A stretch of DNA of 64,000 nt. Source: an uncultured virus (IMG/VR IMGVR_UViG_3300031088_000469) (lineage: Duplodnaviria > Heunggongvirae > Uroviricota > Caudoviricetes). Numbering within the stretch: the first letter of the stretch is position 1; the number at the start of each line of letters is the position of its first letter. The stretch is taken from IMG/VR virus record IMGVR_UViG_3300031088_000469; one strand, given 5' to 3'. Both the position numbers and the translations under genes were made by a program. A model generated the notes under the pieces. It searched no databases. It had not been told where the DNA came from and worked only from the letters and a program-made list of their open reading frames with translations. Below, piece by piece: positions 50,292 to 62,472 of the stretch.

Positions 50292-51830
50292 TTAGTTGGG
50301 GCTGAGGAACCCACGTAGGGGCTTCTCATCAGGGTTCTCATCGCTGTCAGCTACAGTAACAGCGACTTCATCCCAGGAGATGTCGTCGAAGGCAGTATTG
50401 CTCTCGGCACTGTAGTCAACATATCCATCATCGACGGTCGGCTGGTCACCACTGACGACATCAGACCACTGAATGTCTTCGGCGTTCTCTGCCGCGTCAG
50501 CGGTGATTGAAAAATCACTATCGAATGACAGCGCAGAGGCACCCAAAGGCTCCGGTGCCGAAACATACTCAGGCTCATCAGCAGCAACTTCATGGATAAG
50601 GTACTCAGCACCTAGCGCAAAAGGCTCTACTGTTTCCGCAGTCGGGTCATTGACCTCGCTAACGACTTCCGGCTCTTCTGAGTGAGTGACCTCGTACTCG
50701 GCAAAGTTCACCAAGTCTTCAGGAGTGTTGATCTCATCAACCGAAGTCACAACGTCAGTTGTTTCGACAGGCTCGTCTTCCTGCTGGTCGGACTCCCATG
50801 TCACATCATCAAAGCTCTGAGCTTCAGAGTCGGCATCTGACTCATCAATGTTTTCAGCAGCACCTTCCTCGACAGTACTAGTACCATCTTCGATGGAAAG
50901 CTGTGACTCGGGGAGGACACCATCTGCGACGAATTCAGGAGTTCCTTCAAGATACGACGGGTTGAACTTCTCGTTATTGTACTCGTCGTAAGCAGAACCT
51001 TCTTCGACACCAACAACGGCTAGGGCGTTTCCTAGGTTCTGAATTTCGTTCAGCTTGTCAGCGAATCGCTCATGAGCACGGTAGACAAATGAGGAGAGTA
51101 CGTTATCGCCCTTCTCGACTTCATGCCAAGCGTGAATAGAGATATACCCATCATCATTAGCTTCTGCTTCCTTGATGACAATTTCATCGCCATCTTTGCG
51201 AAGCACAATCTGGTTGACGCGGTGAATCTTCTCGTCAAGCGAACGGTAAAGGGTAACGGCAATGTTGTTACCACCCTTCCATGAAGTTCCTTCGTGCTCT
51301 TCAAATTCACCAAGGGTGATTCCGGCAAGCGTGTAGAGGGTCTCTGCAAAAGAGTAGAAGGCGTAATCGTTGGGCAGTACAGAAACGCCTACACCATCAA
51401 AGTAAGCGGGAGAACCCACGCCACCAGAGGACAACGAGATGGATTCGTGGCGGGGAACTGTGGGGATGACCACCGCGTAGACTCCACCAAGAACGTCTAC
51501 GCTGTTGTGGATGATCTCATCATTGGTGATCGAGATCTTAGCGATAAGCGTGTCAGTCGAAAGTGTCTTGATGATGTCTTCGGTAATGTAGTACCCGACA
51601 CCACTCAAGAATTCATCTGACTCCTTCGTAGCAGCACGGAACAGGGCAAGAGACCCCTCGTCCGACTCCTTAGCTTCACGGTGAGCACGGTCGAAAGCTC
51701 GACCAAGCCCAAGAGCAGCCAAGACCTTATAGGAGAAGATGTTGTCTGCGGGGAATAGACCTCGAAGCGGGTGAGGCGCGATTCGAGCTACCGTTGAGCT
51801 TTCTAGCGGTGCTGCTGAGTACGTAACCAT
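50292..51830 (-). CDS. hypothetical protein with acidic C-terminal half
   Basis: Long ORF; start uncertain (51830 or 51902). Confidence 0.7.
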   Translation of the reverse strand: MVTYSAAPLESSTVARIAPHPLRGLFPADNIFSYKVLAALGLGRAFDRAHREAKESDEGSLALFRAATKESDEFLSGVGYYITEDIIKTLSTDTLIAKISITNDEIIHNSVDVLGGVYAVVIPTVPRHESISLSSGGVGSPAYFDGVGVSVLPNDYAFYSFAETLYTLAGITLGEFEEHEGTSWKGGNNIAVTLYRSLDEKIHRVNQIVLRKDGDEIVIKEAEANDDGYISIHAWHEVEKGDNVLSSFVYRAHERFADKLNEIQNLGNALAVVGVEEGSAYDEYNNEKFNPSYLEGTPEFVADGVLPESQLSIEDGTSTVEEGAAENIDESDADSEAQSFDDVTWESDQQEDEPVETTDVVTSVDEINTPEDLVNFAEYEVTHSEEPEVVSEVNDPTAETVEPFALGAEYLIHEVAADEPEYVSAPEPLGASALSFDSDFSITADAAENAEDIQWSDVVSGDQPTVDDGYVDYSAESNTAFDDISWDEVAVTVADSDENPDEKPLRGFLSPN

Positions 51831-51864
51831 GAAGTTCCTTATCGTCGTTAGCGCCATTCTAGGG

Positions 51865-52791
51865 TCAAACGGTCTGCTTAGTTCCCCGTTTCGAGAAAAC
51901 AATCGATGCCAATTTCACAGCCTCATCAGTGGTAATCGCGGGATCTCCGTTAGAGTCGAGAATAGCTCTCATTGCCTCATTGATGGTTCGTCCAGTTCCA
52001 TAGCTGATAACAGCCCATGTGTCGTTGCCATTGGCGATACGACCTAGGACAGGATGGGACTTTGTGACGTTTGCCACCTTGTGTCGCTCAACACTTACGA
52101 GGTCACGTTCGTCCTCAAGAACACCGCCCAAAGCAAGCACTTCGGTTTCAACTCGCTCAATACTGGTGGGAATTTCTATATCCCCAATCTGAGTCGAGCG
52201 CAGTGACAACTTGGTGAACTCGACGAGTTCATTTGCTGCTAGTGCATTCTCGTTGTCCCAGTCATCATCGCCATTCGATGCGTCAATAAACACGGTCAAG
52301 TTGAGAATATCGTCAAAGCCAGTCTTACCAAAACTCTCTGACTGAACAACAACAGGGTTGTTCGATCCCAGGACGGACATCGCCGCACGTCGGGTATAGA
52401 CCATCTCTCCGTAGTCTGTGATGAGACCTTGATAAGCCGTTGCACGAAGCACTGTGTGGCTCTCTGGGGACATGAATCCGGAGAACAGTGCACTGATGTC
52501 AAAGCCCATTCCAATCAAGCGAGAGCTTAGCTGAGCGAGCTTTCTGTTGCTCTCATCGACTCTCTTGGGGAAGTCAAAAAGCTCATGCTCTGCGTTGCGC
52601 ACAAACGATGCTTCGGGTCTTCTGCACACATCACACACTACTGCATCCTTGCACCAGTGGTCGTAAAGGTCCAGAAGGTTGATGATTGTGTTTCTGACAA
52701 CCGCCTGCTCGAAAAGATCGGTACTGACAGTCCGGTCATTAATCCAGTGCAGAAGGTCAAAAGCAGTTAGCTTGACGTTCAATTTGCGCAT
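51865..52791 (-). CDS. hypothetical protein
   Basis: 308-aa ORF with AAGGAG RBS. Confidence 0.75.
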   Translation of the reverse strand: MRKLNVKLTAFDLLHWINDRTVSTDLFEQAVVRNTIINLLDLYDHWCKDAVVCDVCRRPEASFVRNAEHELFDFPKRVDESNRKLAQLSSRLIGMGFDISALFSGFMSPESHTVLRATAYQGLITDYGEMVYTRRAAMSVLGSNNPVVVQSESFGKTGFDDILNLTVFIDASNGDDDWDNENALAANELVEFTKLSLRSTQIGDIEIPTSIERVETEVLALGGVLEDERDLVSVERHKVANVTKSHPVLGRIANGNDTWAVISYGTGRTINEAMRAILDSNGDPAITTDEAVKLASIVFSKRGTKQTV

Positions 52792-52918
52792 GTAACGGTT
52801 GCTCCTTGTTGGTTCTGTATAACCGTAACAGCATGGTCACTCCAAATCAAATTGACAAGCAAACGTTTCGACTGTAGAGTTGAACTTGAAGGTTACAACG
52901 ACCAAGGAGAAACCTCAC

Positions 52919-53158
52919 ATGCATATCCTCAAAACACCTCGCGCCATCCTCAATAGGTTTGGCATGTCTGTTATGACAGGTGGAATCAAACCGGTTATGG
53001 TATCGCAGTTCAACGCCGCGACAGGTTGGACCAAGACATCGCACAAGCGTCTTACCTACCTCACCGTATACAAGCTTCGAAGGACTGGGGTGACCCACGT
53101 TTCTGTGCGCGCTGGTTTGCAGCGCGCCGATTTTGTGGTGACAGACCTATTGGTCTAG
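52919..53158 (+). CDS. small basic hypothetical protein
   Basis: AAGGAG RBS; TTGACA promoter upstream. Confidence 0.6.
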   Translation: MHILKTPRAILNRFGMSVMTGGIKPVMVSQFNAATGWTKTSHKRLTYLTVYKLRRTGVTHVSVRAGLQRADFVVTDLLV

Positions 53159-53188
53159 TTAGTCACAGGTGCGTGTCATAATAAGCTC

Positions 53189-53860
53189 ATGAGCAACCTA
53201 GTACCCAAGAGTATTGTAGACAAGAACGGCGTAAGCACCACTCGTAACATCAATCCCGATAAGGGTGCCGCCTCCAAGAATGATCGTGCTGCCAAAGTTG
53301 GTGCACCTCCCAAGACAAAAGACGAACCTCTACGCAAGCCGTTAGAGCGCATTCAGATGGCTTCTAATTCGTACACTGTGGGTCATTGGATTCACGCCAA
53401 GAACGTTTACGATTTCAATGCACCGTACCAGAGGGGTTCTGTCTGGGATGAAGACAGAAAGCGTAGTCTGATCTCATCACTCCTTCAAGGCATTCCTACA
53501 GGCGCAGTAATCCTCAACAAGCGACCGTTCAATAGCGGTCCTCATCTTGGTGCAGTAGTTGATGGAAAGCAGCGTATCGAGGCTGTTCTAGATTTCATCG
53601 AAGACAGGCTTGAAGTTCCGGGAGCGTGGTTTGACGAAGAGGCTCTACCTGATTTCAAAGAGAACATTCGATTCAGCGATCTAGCACCTGGCTTCCAGTC
53701 CTCATTCCAATACACCACCATTCTTCCTTCAATGGAGGCAAGTGTAGAAACCATTGAAGAGGAAGCAGAAATCTTCCTGCGCATCAACCAAGGAGGCGTT
53801 GCACAGGAAGATTCTGTAATGGATAGAGCAAAGGGTATCGCTTCTACTACTAGCCGTTGA
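53189..53860 (+). CDS. DKNG-leader DUF262 (ParB-like/GmrS-like) protein
   Basis: SIVDKNGVSTTRNIN; YQRG.VW....K..LI.SLL.GIP; VVDGKQR; IF.RIN.GG. Confidence 0.85.
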   Translation: MSNLVPKSIVDKNGVSTTRNINPDKGAASKNDRAAKVGAPPKTKDEPLRKPLERIQMASNSYTVGHWIHAKNVYDFNAPYQRGSVWDEDRKRSLISSLLQGIPTGAVILNKRPFNSGPHLGAVVDGKQRIEAVLDFIEDRLEVPGAWFDEEALPDFKENIRFSDLAPGFQSSFQYTTILPSMEASVETIEEEAEIFLRINQGGVAQEDSVMDRAKGIASTTSR

Positions 53861-54692
53861 TGACGCTATCTAGGTAAGCCTGGAACTCTCCATCATCGCT
53901 GCTGAAAAGCTCTCCATTCACGATAACGCTGGGTGTTGCTGCTAGACCAGCATCGGTGAAGGGGAGTTTTTCAGTTGCTGCATCGGTAACCTTGCCAGCC
54001 CATCCAGTGTACTTGTTGTCATCGATACAAGAACTGATGACATCCTGGTTATCGGCATTAGCTTCGCTTACCAGACCCTTGATCTCTTCATTGGTAAGAC
54101 CAGCCAAGCCCTCTTCGGGCTGATTGTCAAACATCAACTGATTGAACGAAAGCCACTGCTCGGGTGCAGACTCGGCAACGCAAGCACTAGCTCCTGCTGC
54201 ACGAGTCGAGTACTTGGTTCCAGCCGAAGAGCGGTCCAGAATAGAAATGGGGTGGTATTCGAGGTCAATGTCACCGCTAGCAACCAGCCCAGAAAGGTAG
54301 TCGCCATAAGCCTGCTCAAACTGACCGCAGAACGGGCACATGTAGTCGATGTAAATTCGCACATCAGTCTTATCCGTGGACAGCGGCTCAGTCTTGATAT
54401 TGAATTCATCCTTTGCAGGGCTGGATACTGCCGTCAAACTAGAATTTGCGAACCTCACCCCACCTCCAGCCATGTTGGCGGGAGTTAGAGAAGAACTGCC
54501 TGTAGCACTCACAAGAACAATGGTGATTGCCGTCAGTGCGGCAACAGCTACACCAACAATGCCTAGCTGGAACTTGAGACGCGAACGCTTTTCGCGCTTC
54601 TGTCTTGCTTCTCGCTCTGCTTTTGCCTTCTGCTTGATTTCGTCTTTGCGGCTTGCCACGTGTCCTCCGTTGTTGAGCGGCAATCGTAGCAT
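53850..54692 (-). CDS. membrane-anchored DsbA-like thioredoxin
   Basis: TM anchor; YIDYMCPFCGQFE; ATP cis-Pro loop. Confidence 0.9.
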   Translation of the reverse strand: MLRLPLNNGGHVASRKDEIKQKAKAEREARQKREKRSRLKFQLGIVGVAVAALTAITIVLVSATGSSSLTPANMAGGGVRFANSSLTAVSSPAKDEFNIKTEPLSTDKTDVRIYIDYMCPFCGQFEQAYGDYLSGLVASGDIDLEYHPISILDRSSAGTKYSTRAAGASACVAESAPEQWLSFNQLMFDNQPEEGLAGLTNEEIKGLVSEANADNQDVISSCIDDNKYTGWAGKVTDAATEKLPFTDAGLAATPSVIVNGELFSSDDGEFQAYLDSVING

Positions 54693-54764
54693 CGCTGATA
54701 TCAGAGGGCAAGAGAACCGTTATGCAAAGAACCCTCTCACAGGAAAGCAAGAGGGTTCTTTGTG

Positions 54765-55784
<1,020 letters not shown>

Positions 55785-55851
55785 AACTTACCTCTCATGA
55801 TGACTAATTTCATCATCATACAAGCTGTGCAGTATCGGTTATGCGAAACCG

Positions 55852-56367
55852 CTAGATTGCAGCGGGGGTGGTGTCAGAAGTTCTGATTTCGTACTTGAGC
55901 TTCTTTGAGTTGCGAGAGAACTGTCTGAACAAACGACCGAATAGTGCCACCGCGACACTTCCTCCAATGATGACGATTGCGAACGTGCTGAGTAGAACGC
56001 TGGCTAGCGCATCTTTCTGGTTGTAGAAATCTGAGACGTTCCACAAGATCACGAACAGGAGTAATCCGAAGAAACTCAGAGCCATGTACAGCTTGACCTT
56101 CTTCTCGCGTCGAGCGGCAACTGTGATCTTCTCTCTTACTTCGTTTGAGTACTTTCCTGCGTATGTTCTATTCCAAAGAACTCCGCCATCTTCCTTGATT
56201 TGGGAAACCCAAACGTCGCCGCATACATCACAAACGACACCAATACCATTGGGCGTTGCTTCCTGTGCATAGAGCGAATTGATGCAGCATTCATCGGTTC
56301 CATTGAAGTCGGTATCGATTCCAACAACGTCTGCGTTTACAGAGACCAACTCTGCCATTTTGACCAC
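55852..56367 (-). CDS. two-TM membrane protein with CC...CxxC..VW motif
   Basis: ECCIN...VVCDVCGDVW. Confidence 0.7.
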   Translation of the reverse strand: MVKMAELVSVNADVVGIDTDFNGTDECCINSLYAQEATPNGIGVVCDVCGDVWVSQIKEDGGVLWNRTYAGKYSNEVREKITVAARREKKVKLYMALSFFGLLLFVILWNVSDFYNQKDALASVLLSTFAIVIIGGSVAVALFGRLFRQFSRNSKKLKYEIRTSDTTPAAI

Positions 56368-56370
56368 TTC

Positions 56371-56883
56371 CTAGTTATCGCTGAGCGATAGATTGTACTG
56401 ATGCATCAGTTTACGCCATAAGAAAGCGCACAATCCTGTAACCAGGAGACCCCCAGCTAACACTAAGAATGCGATATAAGATGGTTTTGTTACGTCACTA
56501 TCTAGTGCTAAGAAAAGAGCAACTATCGAGATGACCACAGTTGCTATCGCCAGAACTATCGAACGCCATTTCCACTGATGAGAGCGGTAAGCAAGCATGT
56601 CATGTTCATGTTCGGGGATAACCTTCATCGTGGTTAGAGTCCAAGATGAAGGGACAGTTTGGTCAACAGGAATAGCCCATACGCGGTCGCAGATATTGCA
56701 AACCCATACGTCACCTGGGGTACCTGACTGAGGAAGATGATCGGCACAGCAGAGGTATGCCTCTTGAACTGCATCCAGAGCCTTGTTGTCAATTGCGCCG
56801 AATGAGTCAAAGGTGGTGATGAATGGAGAATCGTCGTACCAATGGCGTTCGGGAATCCTTGCCGTCAACATCCTGCCGTACAC
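56371..56883 (-). CDS. two-TM membrane protein with CC...CxxC..VW motif (paralog)
   Basis: LCCAD...WVCNICDRVW; GGAGG RBS. Confidence 0.7.
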   Translation of the reverse strand: MYGRMLTARIPERHWYDDSPFITTFDSFGAIDNKALDAVQEAYLCCADHLPQSGTPGDVWVCNICDRVWAIPVDQTVPSSWTLTTMKVIPEHEHDMLAYRSHQWKWRSIVLAIATVVISIVALFLALDSDVTKPSYIAFLVLAGGLLVTGLCAFLWRKLMHQYNLSLSDN

Positions 56884-56915
56884 ATCTACCTCCGAAGTAG
56901 ATGCTGACTATATCA

Positions 56916-57425
56916 CTAGACTTCGATAGAGTGGGTGAACATACCCGAGATCTCTTCGAATGAACTAGATTGCCGGTCATCATCACCAGCGATAGCTATG
57001 ACAGCCATTCCAAGGAACCTAGCTCTACGCACCATACGAACAAGGGATGTCTCTTCGTATAGATCTTTGACTGTCGATAGGTAGACCAAGGGGATGGGGG
57101 TGTTGAAATCAGTTACTACGGTCTCATCACCCCGGTTGTCTAGATTTCCTAGCCACTCCATCACCTCTGATGTCTTGTCTATTTCAGCTTCGGCGTTAGC
57201 GGGTGTCTCAGGTACCACAAAAAGAGTCATGTTGGGAAATTGAGAGATGAGCTTGGCGATAAGCTCTGCTGCGACTTGATGTGCAGGTCCGGAATCTCCA
57301 TAGATAAGAACAGAAGGCGAATCATTGATACTCGAATCCTGCAACTCAACTAGTGGATTCCAGTTCCTGACGAAATACTCGGATTCAGTTTCGGTTCTTG
57401 TTACGGGTAGTTCTGCGATGGACAT
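56916..57425 (-). CDS. hypothetical protein
   Basis: 169-aa ORF. Confidence 0.65.
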   Translation of the reverse strand: MSIAELPVTRTETESEYFVRNWNPLVELQDSSINDSPSVLIYGDSGPAHQVAAELIAKLISQFPNMTLFVVPETPANAEAEIDKTSEVMEWLGNLDNRGDETVVTDFNTPIPLVYLSTVKDLYEETSLVRMVRRARFLGMAVIAIAGDDDRQSSSFEEISGMFTHSIEV

Positions 57426-57453
57426 GGAAGAAGTTTAGCCCATCTAGCTACTT

Positions 57454-58698
57454 TTAGGCTTCCTCGACAGCTATTCTCTGAACATGCTCAGCAATTGTAC
57501 GGGAAATGGATACGAATGCGTCGTCATAGTATCGTGGTGAAGCGACACTCTTCGAAATGGCAATTGCAGTAACAGAGCAGTTGTGCTCGAACACAGTGGC
57601 AACATAACTGTGATCAAATAGCTCAACATCGTCTTCATCATCGTCATCCGATTCGTCATCGAACATCGACTCACTAGGTGCGAATGCCAGTACCTGAATG
57701 CCTCCGGATACTTCACCATCATCGTAGATGACATCGTAATCACTTGACACGGCAGGAGTGACCATCTCATTGGAGATAGAGATGGTGATCAAAAGTGGTG
57801 TGACACCCACAGCCTCTTCCTCTGAAAGCGGAGGAACGGCAAACAACTGCATACCGGAGTCTCGCCAGTCTAGACCGACTTCATCAGTGGCATCTTTAGT
57901 GATCTCGAAGATCTTGTTGCTGTTTCTGTTCGCGATGTCGGCTGGTGTCTCTTCAAGGGACTCCATAGAGAGCATTCCAATGAGAGCGGCATTACCCGTG
58001 TGGGCATAAAGCTTCCACCCATCCAAACCCTTGATGGGGTAGATGGCATTGTCCGGGTCACTCACAAATTGACCGGTCACAGAGTACTCGAACGCAATGT
58101 CAGCAGAACCCTTGGTTGCGCGCTGAGCGGCACCAAACACATCGAGCGCAGGTGACTTCAAGAAGTTGTTGGCGATCTGCGCAAGAGTAGGCAGAGTCTC
58201 CGCAAGAACCTCTTCGTCTTCAGCAAGAATTGAAGAGGTAAACGAGAACGAAACCTGTACGTCACTCTCTTCAAACACGCAAATGACTGAGTGTCGAGTG
58301 AGGTTGGATTCTTCGTGCTCTTCCTTACTGAGGTAGTAGACCTCGCCATTAGATCCGTTGGTGTCCTGAATCTTGCTGACCATCTTGTAGCTGCTTTTGA
58401 CGTACTTCATCTCGTCAGGGTCCATTGCGCTGGCAGGGGCTGCCATGAGGATGATTGGCTCGATGTTGTAACGCACCCAGAACTCCGTGAGGGCATCTCT
58501 GGTGGGCGTGATAATTACTCTTAGCGAACTGTCTTCCCAGTAAAGCTCTTTGGCGAATGGGGCACGATCAGGGTCCAAGTCGTAAGGAAGCTCTCGCAAT
58601 GCAGATGCCTGTGAAAGTCCGATACCATCATTGACCTCGAAAGCCCTCCAACCATCAACATTTTCGAACATGATTTCTAGCGAGTTGTCCTGAATCAT
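57454..58698 (-). CDS. acidic protein with two internal repeats
   Basis: ENVDGWRAF / KGLDGWKLY; W.DS.(L/M) repeated. Confidence 0.7.
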   Translation of the reverse strand: MIQDNSLEIMFENVDGWRAFEVNDGIGLSQASALRELPYDLDPDRAPFAKELYWEDSSLRVIITPTRDALTEFWVRYNIEPIILMAAPASAMDPDEMKYVKSSYKMVSKIQDTNGSNGEVYYLSKEEHEESNLTRHSVICVFEESDVQVSFSFTSSILAEDEEVLAETLPTLAQIANNFLKSPALDVFGAAQRATKGSADIAFEYSVTGQFVSDPDNAIYPIKGLDGWKLYAHTGNAALIGMLSMESLEETPADIANRNSNKIFEITKDATDEVGLDWRDSGMQLFAVPPLSEEEAVGVTPLLITISISNEMVTPAVSSDYDVIYDDGEVSGGIQVLAFAPSESMFDDESDDDDEDDVELFDHSYVATVFEHNCSVTAIAISKSVASPRYYDDAFVSISRTIAEHVQRIAVEEA

Positions 58699-59891
58699 AC
58701 GAGCGCTTCCTTTAGTGCGTGAATGAGGTTACCGAAGATAACCATGATGTCTCTCTCATAGACGTTGGTCTCGTTATGGGCAATGAATTCGAAAGAGACC
58801 AATAGGTCGATAGCATCACACTGTGCGATGTACCGGTGCGAGAAGATAAACCCGTCCTTGTCGTTGTGCAGCGTCGGCTCCTTATCGCTACCACCACGAA
58901 TGGTTACCTCCAAGCCACCCATCTCTACTACCTGCTGGACATCGTTATCCTCATCGTGGATGAGACCATCAATTCGCTTAGCAGAGCGCTCTAGCGATAC
59001 CAAAATTGGAGAGTAAGACGTGAACCTAATGTCGTCAAGGCTCGGTCTAGTAAGGAACCGTAGCGACTTATCAAGCCAAGGAAGAGCACCATCTTCTACT
59101 GCATACATAGAGTCTTCGATGATCTCGATTGGACTGTTAGTGACCTTTTGGTAGAGGTTGATCATCACGCTATCTTCCGTATACGGAAGGAATAGCACCC
59201 AGTCCTGCAATCCGGCAATTGGCTTGAACCACACGTGCTTAGCCATCTCATCTTCCTTGTTTGCCAAGATGAGTTCTAGTGACGAACGGTTGAACTGACC
59301 AGCTTCAAAGTCGCTCACTGTAGCGTTGAACTGAGGCTGCAAGATGAGGGCGGCGGTGAGCTTTTCCAGTGCAGACGTGTACTCACGAATGATTCGGCTA
59401 GCCACAGGTGAATTCTGATCAAAGGCAAAGTAGCCACGACCAATCATTCCACTATCAGTGATGATGGCTAACGCATAGTGCTCATCATCTTCATCCCGAG
59501 TGAGGAACGAAGCGTCTTCTGGAAGCTTCTGTAGGTAGACGTTACCCACAATTTCACCGTCCGAAGACATGACGACATCGACCAACTCTGCACTATCGAT
59601 AAGTGCAGAGTAGTACACGCTTGTGTCGATATCGTCACTTAGATAAGTCGAGAAATGCAGAGTCATCGGTGTAATACCGTGAGGCATTTCCTTCCAGACC
59701 GAATCACCGGCAGCAATGATGCAATCGAGCGAATTGATGTCCCACTCAATCTCACTATCGCCTACATCTTCGCCCGCCATGAAAGAGATAGAGTCGCTTG
59801 CGCTCTCTTCATTGAAGGGGAAAAGGTGCCACCCCGGAAGGTTCTCTAGGACTTGCTGAGTGTTTAGCTGTCCAAAGTTGCGATATGCCAA
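58695..59891 (-). CDS. acidic protein with two internal repeats, related to 57454-58698
   Basis: ENLPGWHLF / AGLQDWVLF. Confidence 0.7.
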   Translation of the reverse strand: MAYRNFGQLNTQQVLENLPGWHLFPFNEESASDSISFMAGEDVGDSEIEWDINSLDCIIAAGDSVWKEMPHGITPMTLHFSTYLSDDIDTSVYYSALIDSAELVDVVMSSDGEIVGNVYLQKLPEDASFLTRDEDDEHYALAIITDSGMIGRGYFAFDQNSPVASRIIREYTSALEKLTAALILQPQFNATVSDFEAGQFNRSSLELILANKEDEMAKHVWFKPIAGLQDWVLFLPYTEDSVMINLYQKVTNSPIEIIEDSMYAVEDGALPWLDKSLRFLTRPSLDDIRFTSYSPILVSLERSAKRIDGLIHDEDNDVQQVVEMGGLEVTIRGGSDKEPTLHNDKDGFIFSHRYIAQCDAIDLLVSFEFIAHNETNVYERDIMVIFGNLIHALKEALV

Positions 59892-59956
59892 TTGGGTTCT
59901 TTCTGTGATTCGGTTTGGGGACTATACATGACTCGTGTTAGTGAGTCAAACACTCA

Positions 59957-61321
59957 TTAGTAGTCAAATCTGTCGAAGTGAACAATCTGGTCTTCTGGGA
60001 TACGCTCGTCATCAGCCTTCTTCGTCAGTTCATCAAAGAGAGGGTTAGCAACAAGAGGTGCAGTCACGTTCTCCAAAGAGATCCAGTGACCCTGCTCTCC
60101 ATCACGAGGGGCGGAATTGTCACGAACATAGACAATCTTCTCCTGAATCTTGACCTCAGGTGCGATGTTCCATAGCTCTCGTAGCGCAATAGGCTCAACG
60201 CGAGCCTGCTGTAGGTTGTATGTAAGCGCGGAGACCAGCAAGGGTGCATAGATGTTGTCTGTACCAAGAAGCTTAATGGTTGCGTCAGCACCCTCGCCAG
60301 CAAGCGTGGTCTGCAAGTAGCCAAGTAGCGTCCTTGTGATCTCTTCTGGTGTCTTAGAAGAGTTGACTAGAGAAGCAATAGTTGTGGCAATGGATGGGAA
60401 GTTTTCAGCAACAGTCCCCTGGTCAATCTGATCGTTGATCACTGTGGAACCTTCTAGATATGGGTTGGGGATGTGAGGTGCATCTGCGATATTCACAGTG
60501 GGGGTTCCTTCTGGATGAATCGTTCGGTTGGAGCCTTGACCAGACCCGCCGCCAGAACTATACCCTCCACTACCGCCCGCGTTTCCGTAGCCGTTAGGGC
60601 TATAGGAAGCTTCCTCCTGCGGATACCCATTACCATCACCGGAGTGTCCATTGTGGCTTCCTCCGTTGAACCCTGATGCATTGCCATTCTGACCAGAGAA
60701 CTCATTGGAGGTTCCTGATACAACAGAATCAAAGTTGCTAGCTGCGCTCTCAGCCTGGTTTTGTCGAGCATGCTCAGCTTCTCTACGGAAGCGCTCGCGC
60801 GACTCGCTGTTGCGGGCATCTTCGAAGGATTCAGGGATATCGGGAGACGGCGTAATCTCATCAGCGAAGTGGTGCACACCATACTCGTCGATGTAGTACT
60901 CGCGACCATTCTCGTCGGCGTAGATAACACCCACCTCATAGTCAACTTCGTACTGATCCTTCTGGTCCGAACTCTGCTCGTTCTTTCGGGTCTCGGCTGC
61001 TAGCTCAGAATGGGTCTGCGGTGAGAAACCACCGTATGCGGAGTTCTTGTCCTTAGACAGACTTTCTACTGAAGAAGCCGTCTTGCGCGACCTCACCTGG
61101 GGCGTAGATTCTTCTTCGATTGCCGAAGTAGCCTGGTTTACATCATCAACGCTTGCGACTCCTGCGTTCTTGCTACCAGCGCCACGCTTCTTTGCAGAGC
61201 CACGAGCGGGCTTCTTGGCGGTCTTTTTGTCGTCTGGTCGCTTCTTGCCTATAAGAGCCACAGTGCGTTCTCCGAATCCGTTGGAATGTGGACCGATAGT
61301 AGCATGCGTGCTATCCGACAA
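59957..61321 (-). CDS. low-complexity hypothetical protein
   Basis: Basic N-terminus, Gly/Asn/Ser-rich middle. Confidence 0.7.
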   Translation of the reverse strand: MSDSTHATIGPHSNGFGERTVALIGKKRPDDKKTAKKPARGSAKKRGAGSKNAGVASVDDVNQATSAIEEESTPQVRSRKTASSVESLSKDKNSAYGGFSPQTHSELAAETRKNEQSSDQKDQYEVDYEVGVIYADENGREYYIDEYGVHHFADEITPSPDIPESFEDARNSESRERFRREAEHARQNQAESAASNFDSVVSGTSNEFSGQNGNASGFNGGSHNGHSGDGNGYPQEEASYSPNGYGNAGGSGGYSSGGGSGQGSNRTIHPEGTPTVNIADAPHIPNPYLEGSTVINDQIDQGTVAENFPSIATTIASLVNSSKTPEEITRTLLGYLQTTLAGEGADATIKLLGTDNIYAPLLVSALTYNLQQARVEPIALRELWNIAPEVKIQEKIVYVRDNSAPRDGEQGHWISLENVTAPLVANPLFDELTKKADDERIPEDQIVHFDRFDY

Positions 61322-61329
61322 AAGCCGTT

Positions 61330-61788
61330 TCAGTCAAGCTCAACAATCAACTGATTTTGATTCGCTGATGAGTTGTCTACAAGCTTGGAAACGCCATCTG
61401 CAAGGTATGGCTCATTGTTGTAGGTAAGCACCAAAGTGATTTCATCAACCCCGGATAACGCCGCTGCTTCATCCTTCCCCGAGTTAATGATTGCTGCATT
61501 ATCGGCATCATTGTCTGAAGACACGGTGATAAACACGATGGGTGAAGCTCCACCGTTCAGTAGTCGAAGACTAGAAAAATCATCCTTATAGACATCTTCA
61601 ATGGCTTCATCAGTAGCCAATGGTTCAACGCTTGCACTGGCTGTAGGGGTCGGCTTGGACTCGGCTCGGTTGGCAACGACGTTTCTCGCCGCTACGTTGA
61701 AAGCGAAAGCTGTCATCGACAACACCAGAAGCATTACGGCAGCACTTGTCGCCATAACAATCATGCGGGGTGTCATCTTCATCCGCAC
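61330..61788 (-). CDS. exported or membrane-anchored protein
   Basis: N-terminal hydrophobic helix, PTPTASAS linker. Confidence 0.65.
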   Translation of the reverse strand: MRMKMTPRMIVMATSAAVMLLVLSMTAFAFNVAARNVVANRAESKPTPTASASVEPLATDEAIEDVYKDDFSSLRLLNGGASPIVFITVSSDNDADNAAIINSGKDEAAALSGVDEITLVLTYNNEPYLADGVSKLVDNSSANQNQLIVELD

Positions 61789-61873
61789 AGCATAGCGGAT
61801 TGTAGGGGTTAAACAAACAAGTCAGGCTCCTACTAGAGAAGTAGGAGCCTGACTTTGCAGAAAGCCTTTTAGC

Positions 61874-62140
61874 TTAGAAGATGGTTGCCCACTGCGGTGC
61901 GCTAAGGAAGACTGCACCGAGAATACCGAGAACAAAACCGCCCCAAAGAGCGAGCTTACGGAATCCACTGACACGGCGAACAGCGGGGTCGTCGTCCGGG
62001 TCATCCTCATCGGTCTCAGCTTCGACGCGCTTCTGAACGACGTTCAAAACCACACCTCCGATGATTGCTAGGACAGCCACAACAATTAAGGGGATGCCCA
62101 AGAAGGACAGGCTTGCAAGGATTTCGAGAATGGCATCCAT
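61874..62140 (-). CDS. small two-TM membrane protein
   Basis: GAGG RBS; two hydrophobic helices. Confidence 0.7.
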   Translation of the reverse strand: MDAILEILASLSFLGIPLIVVAVLAIIGGVVLNVVQKRVEAETDEDDPDDDPAVRRVSGFRKLALWGGFVLGILGAVFLSAPQWATIF

Positions 62141-62472
62141 TTGGTTCCTCTTTCTGGGTAGTAGTAGGTGTTCACTCCACCGTCTGCGGGGCTGAACAAC
62201 TGAACGATAGCACGCACCTTTCGGCGCTTAGAGGTTTTCGACAAACTCGACAAATTAGTTGGATATCTACAAAGGAAGCGGCTCAAAACAGCCTTTTTAG
62301 AGAGCTAATACAAGAAAGATCTAGCCCCAAACCCCTGTAAATACAAGGGTTTGAGCACCTTTGTAGAGAACCCACAAAGAAAGTTGGCTCCTGTTGTTGA
62401 CATCCAACAACAGCGATGCTATTGTAGTTGTAGGAAGTAAACAACGACCTAATACCAGAAAGGTAGAAACCC